Positions 27,467 to 36,748 of a DNA stretch of 64,000 nt are shown piece by piece (the stretch's first letter is position 1; every line of letters begins with the position of its first letter). The notes under the pieces were generated by a model. The model searched no databases. It saw only the letters and a list, made by a program, of their open reading frames with translations, and was not told the DNA's origin. Both the position numbers and the translations under genes were made by a program. The stretch is from positions 29,821 to 93,820 of the forward strand of contig JBBABZ010000001.1 in the NCBI GenBank assembly GCA_041657385.1. The letters run 5' to 3'. The DNA comes from Minisyncoccota bacterium. Its GTDB lineage: Bacteria > Patescibacteriota > Minisyncoccia > Minisyncoccales > JAQTVQ01.

Positions 27467-28135
27467 ATGCCTAAACTTAAAATAACATTTCTAATTTTTA
27501 TAGGCCTTATGGCTGTTCTTTTGGTTTCCAATTGGGCGTCAACGAGCTATCTGAAAAATCAAATAAAAAAAATCCAGCCGCAAAACGGCGAGGATCAAAC
27601 TTCTTCCGCAAGCAGCACGCCTCTTTCGATCGAAGAGATTATCAAAGAGAGCAGCTATAAAACCCTTAAAACAGCTGACCAAAAATTATCGATCAAGTGC
27701 CCGATCGATTGGGTTGAAATAGGGGAAGAAAAAATATTAAAATATTTCGACGCTGAAACGGTCAGCCGATATCAGATAAAAATTCCTTTGGCCGCTGTAA
27801 AAAAAGACGGGGCCCAGCTGATGGTCACGGAAATTTTTATGGACTCGACCAGCACTCTCAAAGACGCTCTGTCTGCAAACGAAGAAATATACAAAAAAAC
27901 AGGGCAAGATGTTAATATTTTGTTGCAAAGCGAAAAAGAAAAAGAGCTGTATTTTGAAGCCGAATATACCCAAAAAGAGGAAAAAATGACCAGCCAGGAA
28001 AAAATATTGGAAACTGCGGACGATCAAGAAAAAAAACATTTTTACATTGTTTCGGTTGTCGTTCCAAGCGATCTGTCAAAAAATTATCAAGAAACAGGAA
28101 GCGAGATGCTAAGCTCTATTCAAATTAATAATTAA
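27467..28135 (+). CDS. Membrane-anchored hypothetical protein (size and topology compatible with a VirB8-like T4SS component)
   Basis: Single N-terminal TM (ITFLIFIGLMAVLLV) followed by a soluble domain of about 190 aa. Start taken at the ATG at 27467, after the upstream gene's stop. Confidence 0.4.
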   Translation: MPKLKITFLIFIGLMAVLLVSNWASTSYLKNQIKKIQPQNGEDQTSSASSTPLSIEEIIKESSYKTLKTADQKLSIKCPIDWVEIGEEKILKYFDAETVSRYQIKIPLAAVKKDGAQLMVTEIFMDSTSTLKDALSANEEIYKKTGQDVNILLQSEKEKELYFEAEYTQKEEKMTSQEKILETADDQEKKHFYIVSVVVPSDLSKNYQETGSEMLSSIQINN

Positions 28136-28155
28136 TTTGTGGTATAATATCGGCA

Positions 28156-29142
28156 ATGAAAATAGCAAAAAAAATTATTTTTTCTTTAATGGTTTTGGGC
28201 CTACTGGCCCCTTTAAAAATTTTTGCGCTGGAAATAGATTGGCCGGCTTCTCCGGCTGGCACAAATCTGTCAGATCAAAGCACTCTCACAGAGCTGACCA
28301 AATACTCTTACGAATGGGCGATAACACTGGGCATCTTGGCTTTTTTTGTTTCAATAGTTATTAACGGAGTTAAGTATATGACCTCAACCGGTGATCCCGG
28401 CAAAACTGCGAATGTGCGCAAAAGAATACAATCCTCGGCCGCGGGACTGGGCTTACTTCTTGGCTCTTGGATCCTTTTAAACTTCTTGAACCCAAGATTA
28501 ACCACTCTTTTTATTCCTGATCCAAACCAAGATTTAGCCACGCAAATGATTGAATATGAAGACTTCAGCAAACTTAAAGAAAACTCCTGCGATCTTATAA
28601 TTATTTATCCTAAAAAAAATTACGAAGAAGATAGTAACTTTGATCCACCAAAAGAAGTTCTTTATAACAGCGCAAAATCTCCCATAGATTTCAAAGTAAG
28701 TTTTTTTCCTCATTCTTTAAAAGTGTTGAAACAAATTAAAGGAGACGAACAATTAGTCTTAATGGACCAAGCAAACAGGCTGATCAGGGAAGAAAATGAA
28801 AAAATCAGAAAAGCAAATGAAGAAATGGTAAGATCGGGAGTTCAGGGGCCACCACAAGTGGAAAAACCGGAAAAAACTTTAAACGAGGCCATAAAAGAAA
28901 AATACGGTTCTGACCCTTTTCCTTATAGTGGGGGGCTTTTTGTTGATGCCCCTCCTGGCTGTGTTGCATACTTCTACAGAAAAGACCCTAAATATTTGTC
29001 GACGAGCATCTTTGGAACAGAGGATGTTCTAGCTTTTCAAATGTATGGCAGTAATCCTGATTTTAATACTCTTTATTCTGAAAACGAACTGAATCAGATT
29101 AAAAAATTCAGAGTGGTTATCCCTGGTACTGTGAGTGAGTAA
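28156..29142 (+). CDS. VirB2/TrbC-like pilin-domain protein with a C-terminal extension of about 200 aa
   Basis: Signal peptide, then YEWAITLGILAFFVSIVINGV - basic loop - AAGLGLLLGSWILLNF two-TM hairpin. Paralog of the 15756 ORF and of the 25162 C-terminus. Confidence 0.45.
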   Translation: MKIAKKIIFSLMVLGLLAPLKIFALEIDWPASPAGTNLSDQSTLTELTKYSYEWAITLGILAFFVSIVINGVKYMTSTGDPGKTANVRKRIQSSAAGLGLLLGSWILLNFLNPRLTTLFIPDPNQDLATQMIEYEDFSKLKENSCDLIIIYPKKNYEEDSNFDPPKEVLYNSAKSPIDFKVSFFPHSLKVLKQIKGDEQLVLMDQANRLIREENEKIRKANEEMVRSGVQGPPQVEKPEKTLNEAIKEKYGSDPFPYSGGLFVDAPPGCVAYFYRKDPKYLSTSIFGTEDVLAFQMYGSNPDFNTLYSENELNQIKKFRVVIPGTVSE

Positions 29143-29186
29143 TTAATTAACTTCTTGCTTCTATTTTTTTTAGGACTAAAAATAAC

Positions 29187-31409
29187 ATGATCCCAAAAAA
29201 ATATTATTATTTTCTCGCAATTTTCATCGCTTTTTTTGGCTTGTTTTTTGTTGTAAAAACAGCTTCCGCCGGCGGGATACCTTTTATTTCAGAGCTTCCC
29301 TCCAGTGAAGGATTTTTAAGCTCAATCGAAGAAATAGCCGGCCCCATCCTGCAAGAAGCAATAGGTCTTTTTACTGCGATCATCAAAGCCTTTGTAATGG
29401 TTTTTGTATCCGCCCATCTCTTGGATTGGGCGATGACCCAGCCCATAGGCCTTGATGATAAACTCGTGACAACAGGCTGGGCCTTTACTTTAGCTCTGAC
29501 AAATTTGATCTTTATTTTTATCATCCTTTATATCGCCATAAAGCAGATCGTCAGCGACGAAGGAGATATGAACTCTATTAAAAAATACCTTCCCAGATTA
29601 ATAACCACTATTCTACTGGTAAATTTTGGCGTGGTTTTTATAAAAATGGCGATCGATATCGCCTTTATTTTGCAAAGGAGCATGGTTCCCTCTGATTCAA
29701 GCCTGGCTTTTAACAGCCTATCCGGATTGGAACAACAGATTAGCGGGATTTTAATAAGTTATGGACTCTACTTTGGCGCAGGGATTCTTGCTTCTTTCCT
29801 GCCGTCAGCCGCAGCTGTCTGGCAAGGATTAGCCTGGCCGACATATATTTTAATGGCGCCGGCAAGGATCAGCGCCGAGATCCAAATTTATGTTTGCAAC
29901 ACTTTGGCAGGCATTTATTTTCTTTATGCCTTATATTTTATAATAAGGATCTATGTAATTAAAATTTTAACCATAATTTTCCCTTTAGCTTTTGCCTGTT
30001 ACGCCATCCCAAGCGAAGGCGCCCAAAAATTATGGAAACAATGGTCTAACTTTTTTATCACTTGGGTCTTTTTCCCTATACCCTTGCTCTTTTTCCTGGT
30101 CCTCGGGCTTAAATTGCTTCAAGACATAATGCCGGCTGGAATGGCTGCAATGGCAACCCCCCTTGCTTTCTGGCAAATAGCTACAAATGGAAATTTGCTC
30201 AGCCCAGCTGTAAACTACTATATCGCCCTTATCGCTTACCTTGCCACTTTAGCTTATCTGAAAGTTAAATTTTCGCCAAGCCTCGATATTGGAGGAATAA
30301 AGGGAGGGGCACTGATAGACAAGGGGAAAAACTTTGTTCTTAACAGGGCTAAACAATCCTTCGCCGGGGCCGCTGTCAACCAGCGGGCAAGAGAAAAAAC
30401 CGTACAGGCAGAAGAAGCAAGCGGCAAAAAATCAGGATGGATGAAAAGAACGGGGATGATGGCCGGCTCTCTTGCTGCGGGAGTGGTAGAAAATGAATTT
30501 AGAAGCTCCGGAACTACTTCCAACATAGAGCTTGCCAAGGCTATTAAAGAAAAAAAAGAAGAATACAAAAAACAATTCGGAGAAGATATGGAAAGCGCCT
30601 CAAAATTTTTCAACGACCCTTCGTCAGCTCCGAAGACAGATCTCGAAAAAAGAGCTTTTTCTTCATACCTTGTTGATAATGCCAAAAGCGGCGAAGACTT
30701 AAAAAAGGCTTTGGACGGCGGCGGATTTTTAAAGAGATCTTTTAAGATAGAAAATCTCAAAGAAAGAAAAGCCAGAGTAACGATGAAAGTGGAGGACCTG
30801 CTCAAGGCCTCGGACGAAAAAACCGCAGATGCCTTAAAAAGGAGTATGATCGGCGAAACAGTTGTTGAATCAAAATTGTGGAATTTGACCGGCGGCAGCA
30901 AAGATATCAAGTCAAAATTCACACTCGCTGAAGAAGAGGTTAAAAAGGTCGTTGGAGGAGCCAAAAGCGAGGAAGACATGAAGCAGTTTATCCCAGGCTT
31001 TGAAAAAGACCCAGCCGCTCTTGAAAAAATAATGGAATTTGACGTTGAACAGCTTACGGCGCTAGCGAAAACCCATCGCTCCGCGCTTAAAGAATATGTC
31101 AAAAAGGTCAATGAAAAAGGCGTTGAAGATTTTGCAAAAGACCACGCCAGCCAGATGATGTTTATAGTTGGAACCGCCGGCCAAGCCGTCTTGCGGGATA
31201 AAGACAACAATGTCCTTGATAAAAAAGCGATTCAAGAAATGATAAGCGGAGTTAAAAAACACCAAGAGGACCCACCTATAGCTGGGTTTGCGCCAGAGAA
31301 AAAAGAGGCCTCGCCCGAACCTCCCAAAACGACAGAAGAAAAGGTAGAAGGGACGGGGGGCAGAAAATCTACAGCCGAAAGGATAAACGAAAAAAGAAAT
31401 AAGGGATAA
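29187..31409 (+). CDS. VirB6/TrbL-like polytopic membrane protein with a long K/E-rich C-terminal domain
   Basis: Signal peptide, 7 or more predicted TM helices over the first 360 aa or so, then a hydrophilic tail of about 380 aa. Confidence 0.5.
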   Translation: MIPKKYYYFLAIFIAFFGLFFVVKTASAGGIPFISELPSSEGFLSSIEEIAGPILQEAIGLFTAIIKAFVMVFVSAHLLDWAMTQPIGLDDKLVTTGWAFTLALTNLIFIFIILYIAIKQIVSDEGDMNSIKKYLPRLITTILLVNFGVVFIKMAIDIAFILQRSMVPSDSSLAFNSLSGLEQQISGILISYGLYFGAGILASFLPSAAAVWQGLAWPTYILMAPARISAEIQIYVCNTLAGIYFLYALYFIIRIYVIKILTIIFPLAFACYAIPSEGAQKLWKQWSNFFITWVFFPIPLLFFLVLGLKLLQDIMPAGMAAMATPLAFWQIATNGNLLSPAVNYYIALIAYLATLAYLKVKFSPSLDIGGIKGGALIDKGKNFVLNRAKQSFAGAAVNQRAREKTVQAEEASGKKSGWMKRTGMMAGSLAAGVVENEFRSSGTTSNIELAKAIKEKKEEYKKQFGEDMESASKFFNDPSSAPKTDLEKRAFSSYLVDNAKSGEDLKKALDGGGFLKRSFKIENLKERKARVTMKVEDLLKASDEKTADALKRSMIGETVVESKLWNLTGGSKDIKSKFTLAEEEVKKVVGGAKSEEDMKQFIPGFEKDPAALEKIMEFDVEQLTALAKTHRSALKEYVKKVNEKGVEDFAKDHASQMMFIVGTAGQAVLRDKDNNVLDKKAIQEMISGVKKHQEDPPIAGFAPEKKEASPEPPKTTEEKVEGTGGRKSTAERINEKRNKG

Positions 31410-31421
31410 AAACGTCAAAAC

Positions 31422-31452
31422 AAAAGAGGCCGATTAAATTGGCCTCTTTTTT
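31422..31452. terminator. Bidirectional intrinsic terminator hairpin
   Basis: aaaagaggccgattaaattggcctctttttt lies between convergent genes. Confidence 0.6.
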
Positions 31453-31460
31453 GTTGTTCT

Positions 31461-32540
31461 TTAACCCTTTCTTTTGTCTGGCTTTTTCGTCAAGCTCTTA
31501 GCAATTTCGGGGAAATTAGATCCTATCCCGCGTATATGCTCGCTCTTCAAATCCACCACTAAAGATGAGACTGTAAGCAACGCCGTCTGATAAATAGCCG
31601 CTCCTTCTTCCTTCCCAAACCTTTCTATCAACATCTTGATCATCGCCTCTTCTCCATCTTTATAGAGAAACGCTGCCGCCTTACTTCCCTCCGCTTTCAA
31701 GATAGCGGCTTTTTTTTCTCCTTCAGCCTTTTCGATTGCTGCCTCCTTTTCTTTGGTCGCGATATATTTCGCGGCAATGATCTTCTCCCAATCTGGCGGA
31801 GGCATGATATTCTGCACTTGAATATCGGAAAGTTCTATTCCATAATCAATCAACAATTCCTCAATAATGGACCTTTCGTTGGAATATCCGGCTCCTTTTT
31901 TCTTTTCTTCACTGTTGCCTTTAGAATCTTCGGGCAGTCTTTTTTCTCTTAACATCTTCATAAAAGTAGCACCCAAATCTCCCTTTTCTTTGACCATTGA
32001 TTCTAGCGTCTTCTCTCCGATAACGTCTCGGATAACCGGTCCGGTTTTGTTAACCAACATTTCCATCCAATTTTCACAGTCGAAAAGCGCTTTCTTGGGG
32101 TTAACCACTTTGGCCGTATAAATTATCCCCACTGAAGCTAGCCTGACCTGGTTAGAATCTAATGGCGCAAGAATATCCGCATAATACAAGTCACTTTTGA
32201 GGAAGACATAATCTATTATTCTCAAGTCATGGTGATCTTTTTCTCCTCTCTGATTGACCGACGTCCATTCCCAAGGATATTCATAAATATAATCCAGCGG
32301 ATTAATGCTGAAAAATCTTATTCCTCCTAAAAAATGGCCATGACTTTTCTCTCCAGGGGAGAGGGGAACTATATTCCATTCACGATCAAACTTATACCCG
32401 TCATAATTCAAAAGCCCTCCTCTGAATTCTCCATATCTTACAATAATTTTGCAATAACCATTCTCGATTTGCGTATAGAATCTCCGCTTTTTATAATCAG
32501 CTATTTTTTCCTTTGACTTTAGTGTTGCTTCTCCTTCCAT
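31461..32540 (-). CDS. SPFH/band-7 (stomatin/prohibitin-like) domain protein
   Basis: IDYGIELSDIQVQNIMPP and a downstream A/E/K-rich coiled coil are characteristic of the SPFH C-terminal region. Confidence 0.6.
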   Translation of the reverse strand: MEGEATLKSKEKIADYKKRRFYTQIENGYCKIIVRYGEFRGGLLNYDGYKFDREWNIVPLSPGEKSHGHFLGGIRFFSINPLDYIYEYPWEWTSVNQRGEKDHHDLRIIDYVFLKSDLYYADILAPLDSNQVRLASVGIIYTAKVVNPKKALFDCENWMEMLVNKTGPVIRDVIGEKTLESMVKEKGDLGATFMKMLREKRLPEDSKGNSEEKKKGAGYSNERSIIEELLIDYGIELSDIQVQNIMPPPDWEKIIAAKYIATKEKEAAIEKAEGEKKAAILKAEGSKAAAFLYKDGEEAMIKMLIERFGKEEGAAIYQTALLTVSSLVVDLKSEHIRGIGSNFPEIAKSLTKKPDKRKG

Positions 32541-32775
32541 ATTTCTTTCTTTAAAAGATCTTCTTCAGCCTTGGCGTTACCCTTGGCTGAAAAGATAACC
32601 CTTTAAAGGTTACGTTTATTATTTCAGCCTTGGTTTAAGCCAAGTTTAGATGATTATTTTATACAATATTTTAGTTATTCTGTCAAATATTTTTATAAAC
32701 TAAAAACCCTCCAAAAAACACGCTCAACTCTGCGAGTAAGTTGAAATTTTTACAGGATAGGGGAAAAATCTGCTT

Positions 32776-32805
32776 TTGACAAAAGCGGATTTATGTTAAA
32801 ATATT
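32776..32805 (+). promoter_or_regulatory. Sigma70-like promoter candidate (TTGACA, about 15 nt, TGtTAAAAT)
   Basis: ttgacaaaagcggatttatgttaaaat lies 8 bp upstream of the ATG at 32813. Confidence 0.4.
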
Positions 32806-32812
32806 TTTAAGC

Positions 32813-33313
32813 ATGCAAAAAGAAATTTCAGAACAACAATTTTGGGAGGCATACGATGCTATCCCCGCTGAATTGCAGGATGCGATTTTTTCCGAAAAAA
32901 CGGCAAAAGCCATTTTCAATGCTTGTGTCGAAAATGGCATAGAAGATGAAAGAATATCTAAGGTCGCTAAAAACGTCGGAGATGTCCTTTTGGGCCTTCT
33001 TTCTCCTGAACAATTACAGCCAACGCTGGAACTTGATCTAAATTTAGAGTCGCAAGCATCGGAAAATATCTGCCAAGCGATATATAATACTATCTTTGAA
33101 CCAGTCCGCTCGCAGCTCGCAGAGCTTTATCTCCATAATAATGAAGAGAGAAAAGAAACAAAAATAAAAATAGAGGTCGAACCAAAAATAGAGAAACCTT
33201 CATCTGAAGATGTACTAGGTAACAATCCTAAAAAAGAAGACAAAAAACCTATCCCTGCCAAATCGGCGACAGAAAAGTCTTCTTCTGTTTCCTACCGCGA
33301 GCCAATCGGCTAA
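32813..33313 (+). CDS. Hypothetical acidic protein
   Basis: ORF with good coding periodicity and no recognisable motifs. Lies in the T4SS-like cluster. Confidence 0.4.
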   Translation: MQKEISEQQFWEAYDAIPAELQDAIFSEKTAKAIFNACVENGIEDERISKVAKNVGDVLLGLLSPEQLQPTLELDLNLESQASENICQAIYNTIFEPVRSQLAELYLHNNEERKETKIKIEVEPKIEKPSSEDVLGNNPKKEDKKPIPAKSATEKSSSVSYREPIG

Positions 33314-33327
33314 CCTCAAATCAAACT

Positions 33328-33744
33328 ATGCAATTCCAAGTTCCTCAATTCATAGAACACGAAGCAAAAATTTTAGGACCCCTGACTTTCAGGCAGACTA
33401 TTTTTATGGGCATTGCCGCCATGGTCTGCTTTATGCTTTATTTTGCTTTTGGCAAAACTAATTTCTTTTTATTCATCTTGTCATCTATCTTGATCGTAGG
33501 AGGAACGGCAGCTCTGGCTTTTGTCAAAATTAGCGGGCAGACCTTATCTTTGATCGTAAAAAATTTTTTCATTTTCAGCCTAGCCCCGAAACTCTATCTT
33601 TGGAAAAGGAAGGAGACTGCGGTATATTTTGAAAAATCTCCAATTAAGCCCGTTGGAAAAGAAGAGCCGAAAAACTCTCCGCTTAAAATAGTGAAAGGCA
33701 GCAATATAAAAGATTTAAGTAAAAAATTGGATTTCGGCGGATAA
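33328..33744 (+). CDS. PrgI/VirB3-like small two-TM membrane protein
   Basis: 138 aa with two adjacent TM helices (FMGIAAMVCFMLYFAF, FFLFILSSILIVGGTAALAF). Lies immediately upstream of the VirB4-like gene, as in Gram-positive T4SS. Confidence 0.45.
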   Translation: MQFQVPQFIEHEAKILGPLTFRQTIFMGIAAMVCFMLYFAFGKTNFFLFILSSILIVGGTAALAFVKISGQTLSLIVKNFFIFSLAPKLYLWKRKETAVYFEKSPIKPVGKEEPKNSPLKIVKGSNIKDLSKKLDFGG

Positions 33745-33751
33745 ATTTATT

Positions 33752-34393
33752 ATGGCAAAGATCGCAACCCAACAATTTCTTCCCATCGACCAAATCAGAG
33801 AAGGAGTACTGCTCTTAAAAGACAGATCTATGAGGGGGGTCATTATGATCTCTTCTTTGAATTTCGCCTTGAAATCGGAAGATGAACAAACGGCCATCAT
33901 CTACCAATTCCAAAATTTCCTAAATTCTCTGGATTTTTCCTGCCAAATAATCGCTCAATCTCGAAAATTAAACATAACCGGATACCTCGAAAAGCTCAAA
34001 GAGATAGAAAAGGCCCAGCAAAACGAACTTCTCAAAACGCAGACGGCTGAATATCGCAAATTCATTGAACAAATAATAAGCGGGGGATCGATCATGTCAA
34101 AAAGTTTTTATACCGTTGTCCCTTATTATCCTTTAATAGATATTCCTGGAGCTCCTGGAGCAAAACAAAAAAAAGATGCCAGCAGGGCTAGTTTGACCGA
34201 AGAAAAATTCCAGCGCGGAAAATATCAGTTATGGCAAAGGATGGAATATGTTGTTTTGGGGTTAAGGCGCTGCGGCTTAAGAGGAAGCCCTCTCAACACC
34301 CCTGAACTGATCGAATTGCTTTGGGCCCATCATCATCCAAAAGAAGCAGAATCCGGATATTATCCTGAATTGCCCCCGGAAATGTTAATTTAA
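33752..34393 (+). CDS. VirB4/TrbE-like protein, N-terminal fragment (split gene or frameshift)
   Basis: Resembles the CagE/TrbE/VirB N-terminal domain (LPIDQIREGVLLLKDRSMRGVIMISS...). Ends 24 bp before the ATPase ORF, which is in a different frame. Confidence 0.45.
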   Translation: MAKIATQQFLPIDQIREGVLLLKDRSMRGVIMISSLNFALKSEDEQTAIIYQFQNFLNSLDFSCQIIAQSRKLNITGYLEKLKEIEKAQQNELLKTQTAEYRKFIEQIISGGSIMSKSFYTVVPYYPLIDIPGAPGAKQKKDASRASLTEEKFQRGKYQLWQRMEYVVLGLRRCGLRGSPLNTPELIELLWAHHHPKEAESGYYPELPPEMLI

Positions 34394-34416
34394 TATATTA
34401 AAAAGCCTTAATCTCA

Positions 34417-36186
34417 ATGAATTTTCTTAAAAAAGGTGAACGGGAGAAATTTTTTGAAGCGGAAAAGATGGACGCAAAAGACATCATCGCCCCCGCCTCG
34501 ATCGAGATCAAACAAAGCAATATAAAGTTAGGCGAAAAATTAGCTAAAACCTACTTTGTTTTTTCCTATCCAAGATACCTTACTACCGGCTGGCTTTCCC
34601 CGATCATTAATTTAGATATTCCCCTGGATATCTCTTTCTTTTTTCATCCAGTGGAAACCGGCGATGTCTTAAAAAAAATGCGTCGCAAAGTTACCGAAAT
34701 ACAGGCCGAACTTTTAGAGAGGGAAGAAAAAGGGTTGGTTCGCGATCCTTCGCTCGAAACCGCTTACAATGACTTGGAGAACCTGCGCGACAGCCTCCAA
34801 ACCGCGCAAGAAAAAATGTTTAAATTTGGATTATATATTACCGTCTACGCCGACACCGAAGCCCAGCTCACAGATGTTGAGACGACCCTAAGATCAGTGC
34901 TTGAATCGCGTTTGATCTATCTAAAGCCGGCTCTCTGCCAGCAAAAAGAAGGATTTATCTCTGTCTCGCCATACGCTATAGACCAATTGCAAGTCCACAC
35001 CAGCATCAATACCGGCCCATTGTCTTCTGTTTTTCCTTTTGTTTCTTTTGACCTTAGCTCTAATGAAGGAATTTTGTACGGCATGAATAAGCATAATAAT
35101 TCCCTGGTTCTGTTCGACCGCTTTACCCTGGAAAACGCCAATATGGTCATTTTCGCCAAATCCGGATCAGGAAAATCTTACGCGGTCAAACTAGAGGTAT
35201 TGCGATCTTTAATGATGGGAGTGGAAGGGATTATCGTTGACCCGGAAAACGAATATGAAATGCTTTCCGATTCGGTTGGAGGCTCCTTTTTTAAAATCTC
35301 TTTAAGCTCGGATGATCATATCAATCCTTTTGATCTGCCGATCCCCCGCGAAGATGAAAAAGCGGAAGATGTTTTAAGGTCAAACATCATCAACCTTGTT
35401 GGGCTTATCAGGATCATGCTTGGAGGGCTGAACCCGGAGGAGGATGCGATCATCGACCGCGCGCTGGCTGAAACTTATGCCGCCAAAGATATCACGCCGG
35501 ATTCCGACCAATCAAAATGGAAAGAGAATACCCCGATCTTATCGGATTTGGAATCAGTTTTGGAAACAATGCAAGGAGCGGAATCACTGGTCCAAAGAAT
35601 AAGAAAATTCACTCGCGGAACATTTTCTTCTTTCTTTAATCAGCAATCCAATATTTCTATGGATAAACAGTTGGTTGTTTTCGGGATCAGAGATATGGAA
35701 GACGAGTTAAGGCCGATGGCAATGTTTATTATTATGCGCTATATTTGGAACGAGATCCGATCCGAATTGAAAAAAAGGATATTAGTGATCGATGAGGCTT
35801 GGTGGCTGATGCAGTCCGAAGACGGAGCCTCTTTCTTATATGGCATGGCCAAGCGCGCCCGCAAATATTGGCTGGGAGTAACCACTATCACTCAAGATGT
35901 TTCCGATTTTATGAAATCTTCCTATGGCAAACCGATCATCACTAATTCCTCTCTCCAGCTTCTTCTCAAACAGAGCCCAGCTACTGTTGATATTCTTCAG
36001 CAAACTTTTAACCTGACCGACCAAGAAAAATTTTTACTGCTTGAAACGCCGATAGGAGAGGGAATTTTTTTCGCCGGACAAAAACATGTATCTATTAAAA
36101 TAGTCGCTTCTTATACAGAGGACCAGATTATAACCTCCAGTCCAGAGCAAATCTTAAAGATCAAAGAAGCTAAAAAAAATATCTGA
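34417..36186 (+). CDS. VirB4/TrbE-like T4SS ATPase (central and C-terminal part)
   Basis: Walker A in MVIFAKSGSGKSY and the RKYW...TQDVSDF C-terminal blocks typical of VirB4-family ATPases. Confidence 0.75.
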   Translation: MNFLKKGEREKFFEAEKMDAKDIIAPASIEIKQSNIKLGEKLAKTYFVFSYPRYLTTGWLSPIINLDIPLDISFFFHPVETGDVLKKMRRKVTEIQAELLEREEKGLVRDPSLETAYNDLENLRDSLQTAQEKMFKFGLYITVYADTEAQLTDVETTLRSVLESRLIYLKPALCQQKEGFISVSPYAIDQLQVHTSINTGPLSSVFPFVSFDLSSNEGILYGMNKHNNSLVLFDRFTLENANMVIFAKSGSGKSYAVKLEVLRSLMMGVEGIIVDPENEYEMLSDSVGGSFFKISLSSDDHINPFDLPIPREDEKAEDVLRSNIINLVGLIRIMLGGLNPEEDAIIDRALAETYAAKDITPDSDQSKWKENTPILSDLESVLETMQGAESLVQRIRKFTRGTFSSFFNQQSNISMDKQLVVFGIRDMEDELRPMAMFIIMRYIWNEIRSELKKRILVIDEAWWLMQSEDGASFLYGMAKRARKYWLGVTTITQDVSDFMKSSYGKPIITNSSLQLLLKQSPATVDILQQTFNLTDQEKFLLLETPIGEGIFFAGQKHVSIKIVASYTEDQIITSSPEQILKIKEAKKNI

Positions 36187-36189
36187 AAA

Positions 36190-36213
36190 CAAAAAAGCCC
36201 TTAAGGGCTTTTT
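36190..36213. terminator. Bidirectional intrinsic terminator hairpin
   Basis: aaaaaagcccttaagggctttttt lies between convergent genes. Confidence 0.65.
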
Positions 36214-36303
36214 TGTTTTCAGAATAAATTTTATAATTTCCATTTGGCTCTGCTGTCGGGAGGGGCAACTCGCTCCCCGAGGCGGAAGCCCGCCCCGATA
36301 AAA

Positions 36304-36747
36304 TTAAACTGGTCTGACCACGATTCTCCTCTCTGGATTTTCTCCCACGCTTTCTGTTTTTATATCGGTTCGGTTGGCCAGCTCCATATGGACTATGCGG
36401 CGGTCAAAAGCGGAAAGGGGAGGCATCAACTTTTCTCTCTTAGATGAAGCCACTTCATCCGCCGCGGTTCGAGCAATGTCTTTTAAATAATCTATTTTCC
36501 TTTTTTTGTAATCTTCTATATCTAAATTTAAAAATATTTCTTCTTTTAAGGCTTTTTTAATGATCTTGGCTAAAAGATGCTGAAGGTCGGCCAATGTTTG
36601 GCCGTTTTGCCCGATCAAGATCCTGGCTTCCTCCGATTTTAGGCCAATATTCAAAACTCCGTCTTTTAAAGAAACTTCCGCGGACACAAGGCAATCCATT
36701 TTTTCAAAAAAAGTTCTTACTATTTCTTCTGAAATTTTTATGTCCAT
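36304..36747 (-). CDS. jag: Jag/KhpB-like RNA-binding protein (KH plus R3H domains)
   Basis: KH-like segment and a C-terminal R3H segment (SAFDRRIVHMELANRTDIKTESVGE). Conserved position downstream of yidC. Confidence 0.75.
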   Translation of the reverse strand: MDIKISEEIVRTFFEKMDCLVSAEVSLKDGVLNIGLKSEEARILIGQNGQTLADLQHLLAKIIKKALKEEIFLNLDIEDYKKRKIDYLKDIARTAADEVASSKREKLMPPLSAFDRRIVHMELANRTDIKTESVGENPERRIVVRPV

Positions 36748-36748
36748 T

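Noticed and set aside
30254-31210. 318-aa minus-strand ORF inside the VirB6-like gene
   Set aside because: S/L/F-rich low-complexity antisense frame of an A/K/E-rich coding region. No start context.
36244-36447. 67-aa plus-strand ORF downstream of the VirB4 terminator
   Set aside because: Overlaps the 3' end of jag on the opposite strand. Arginine- and proline-rich with no periodicity.
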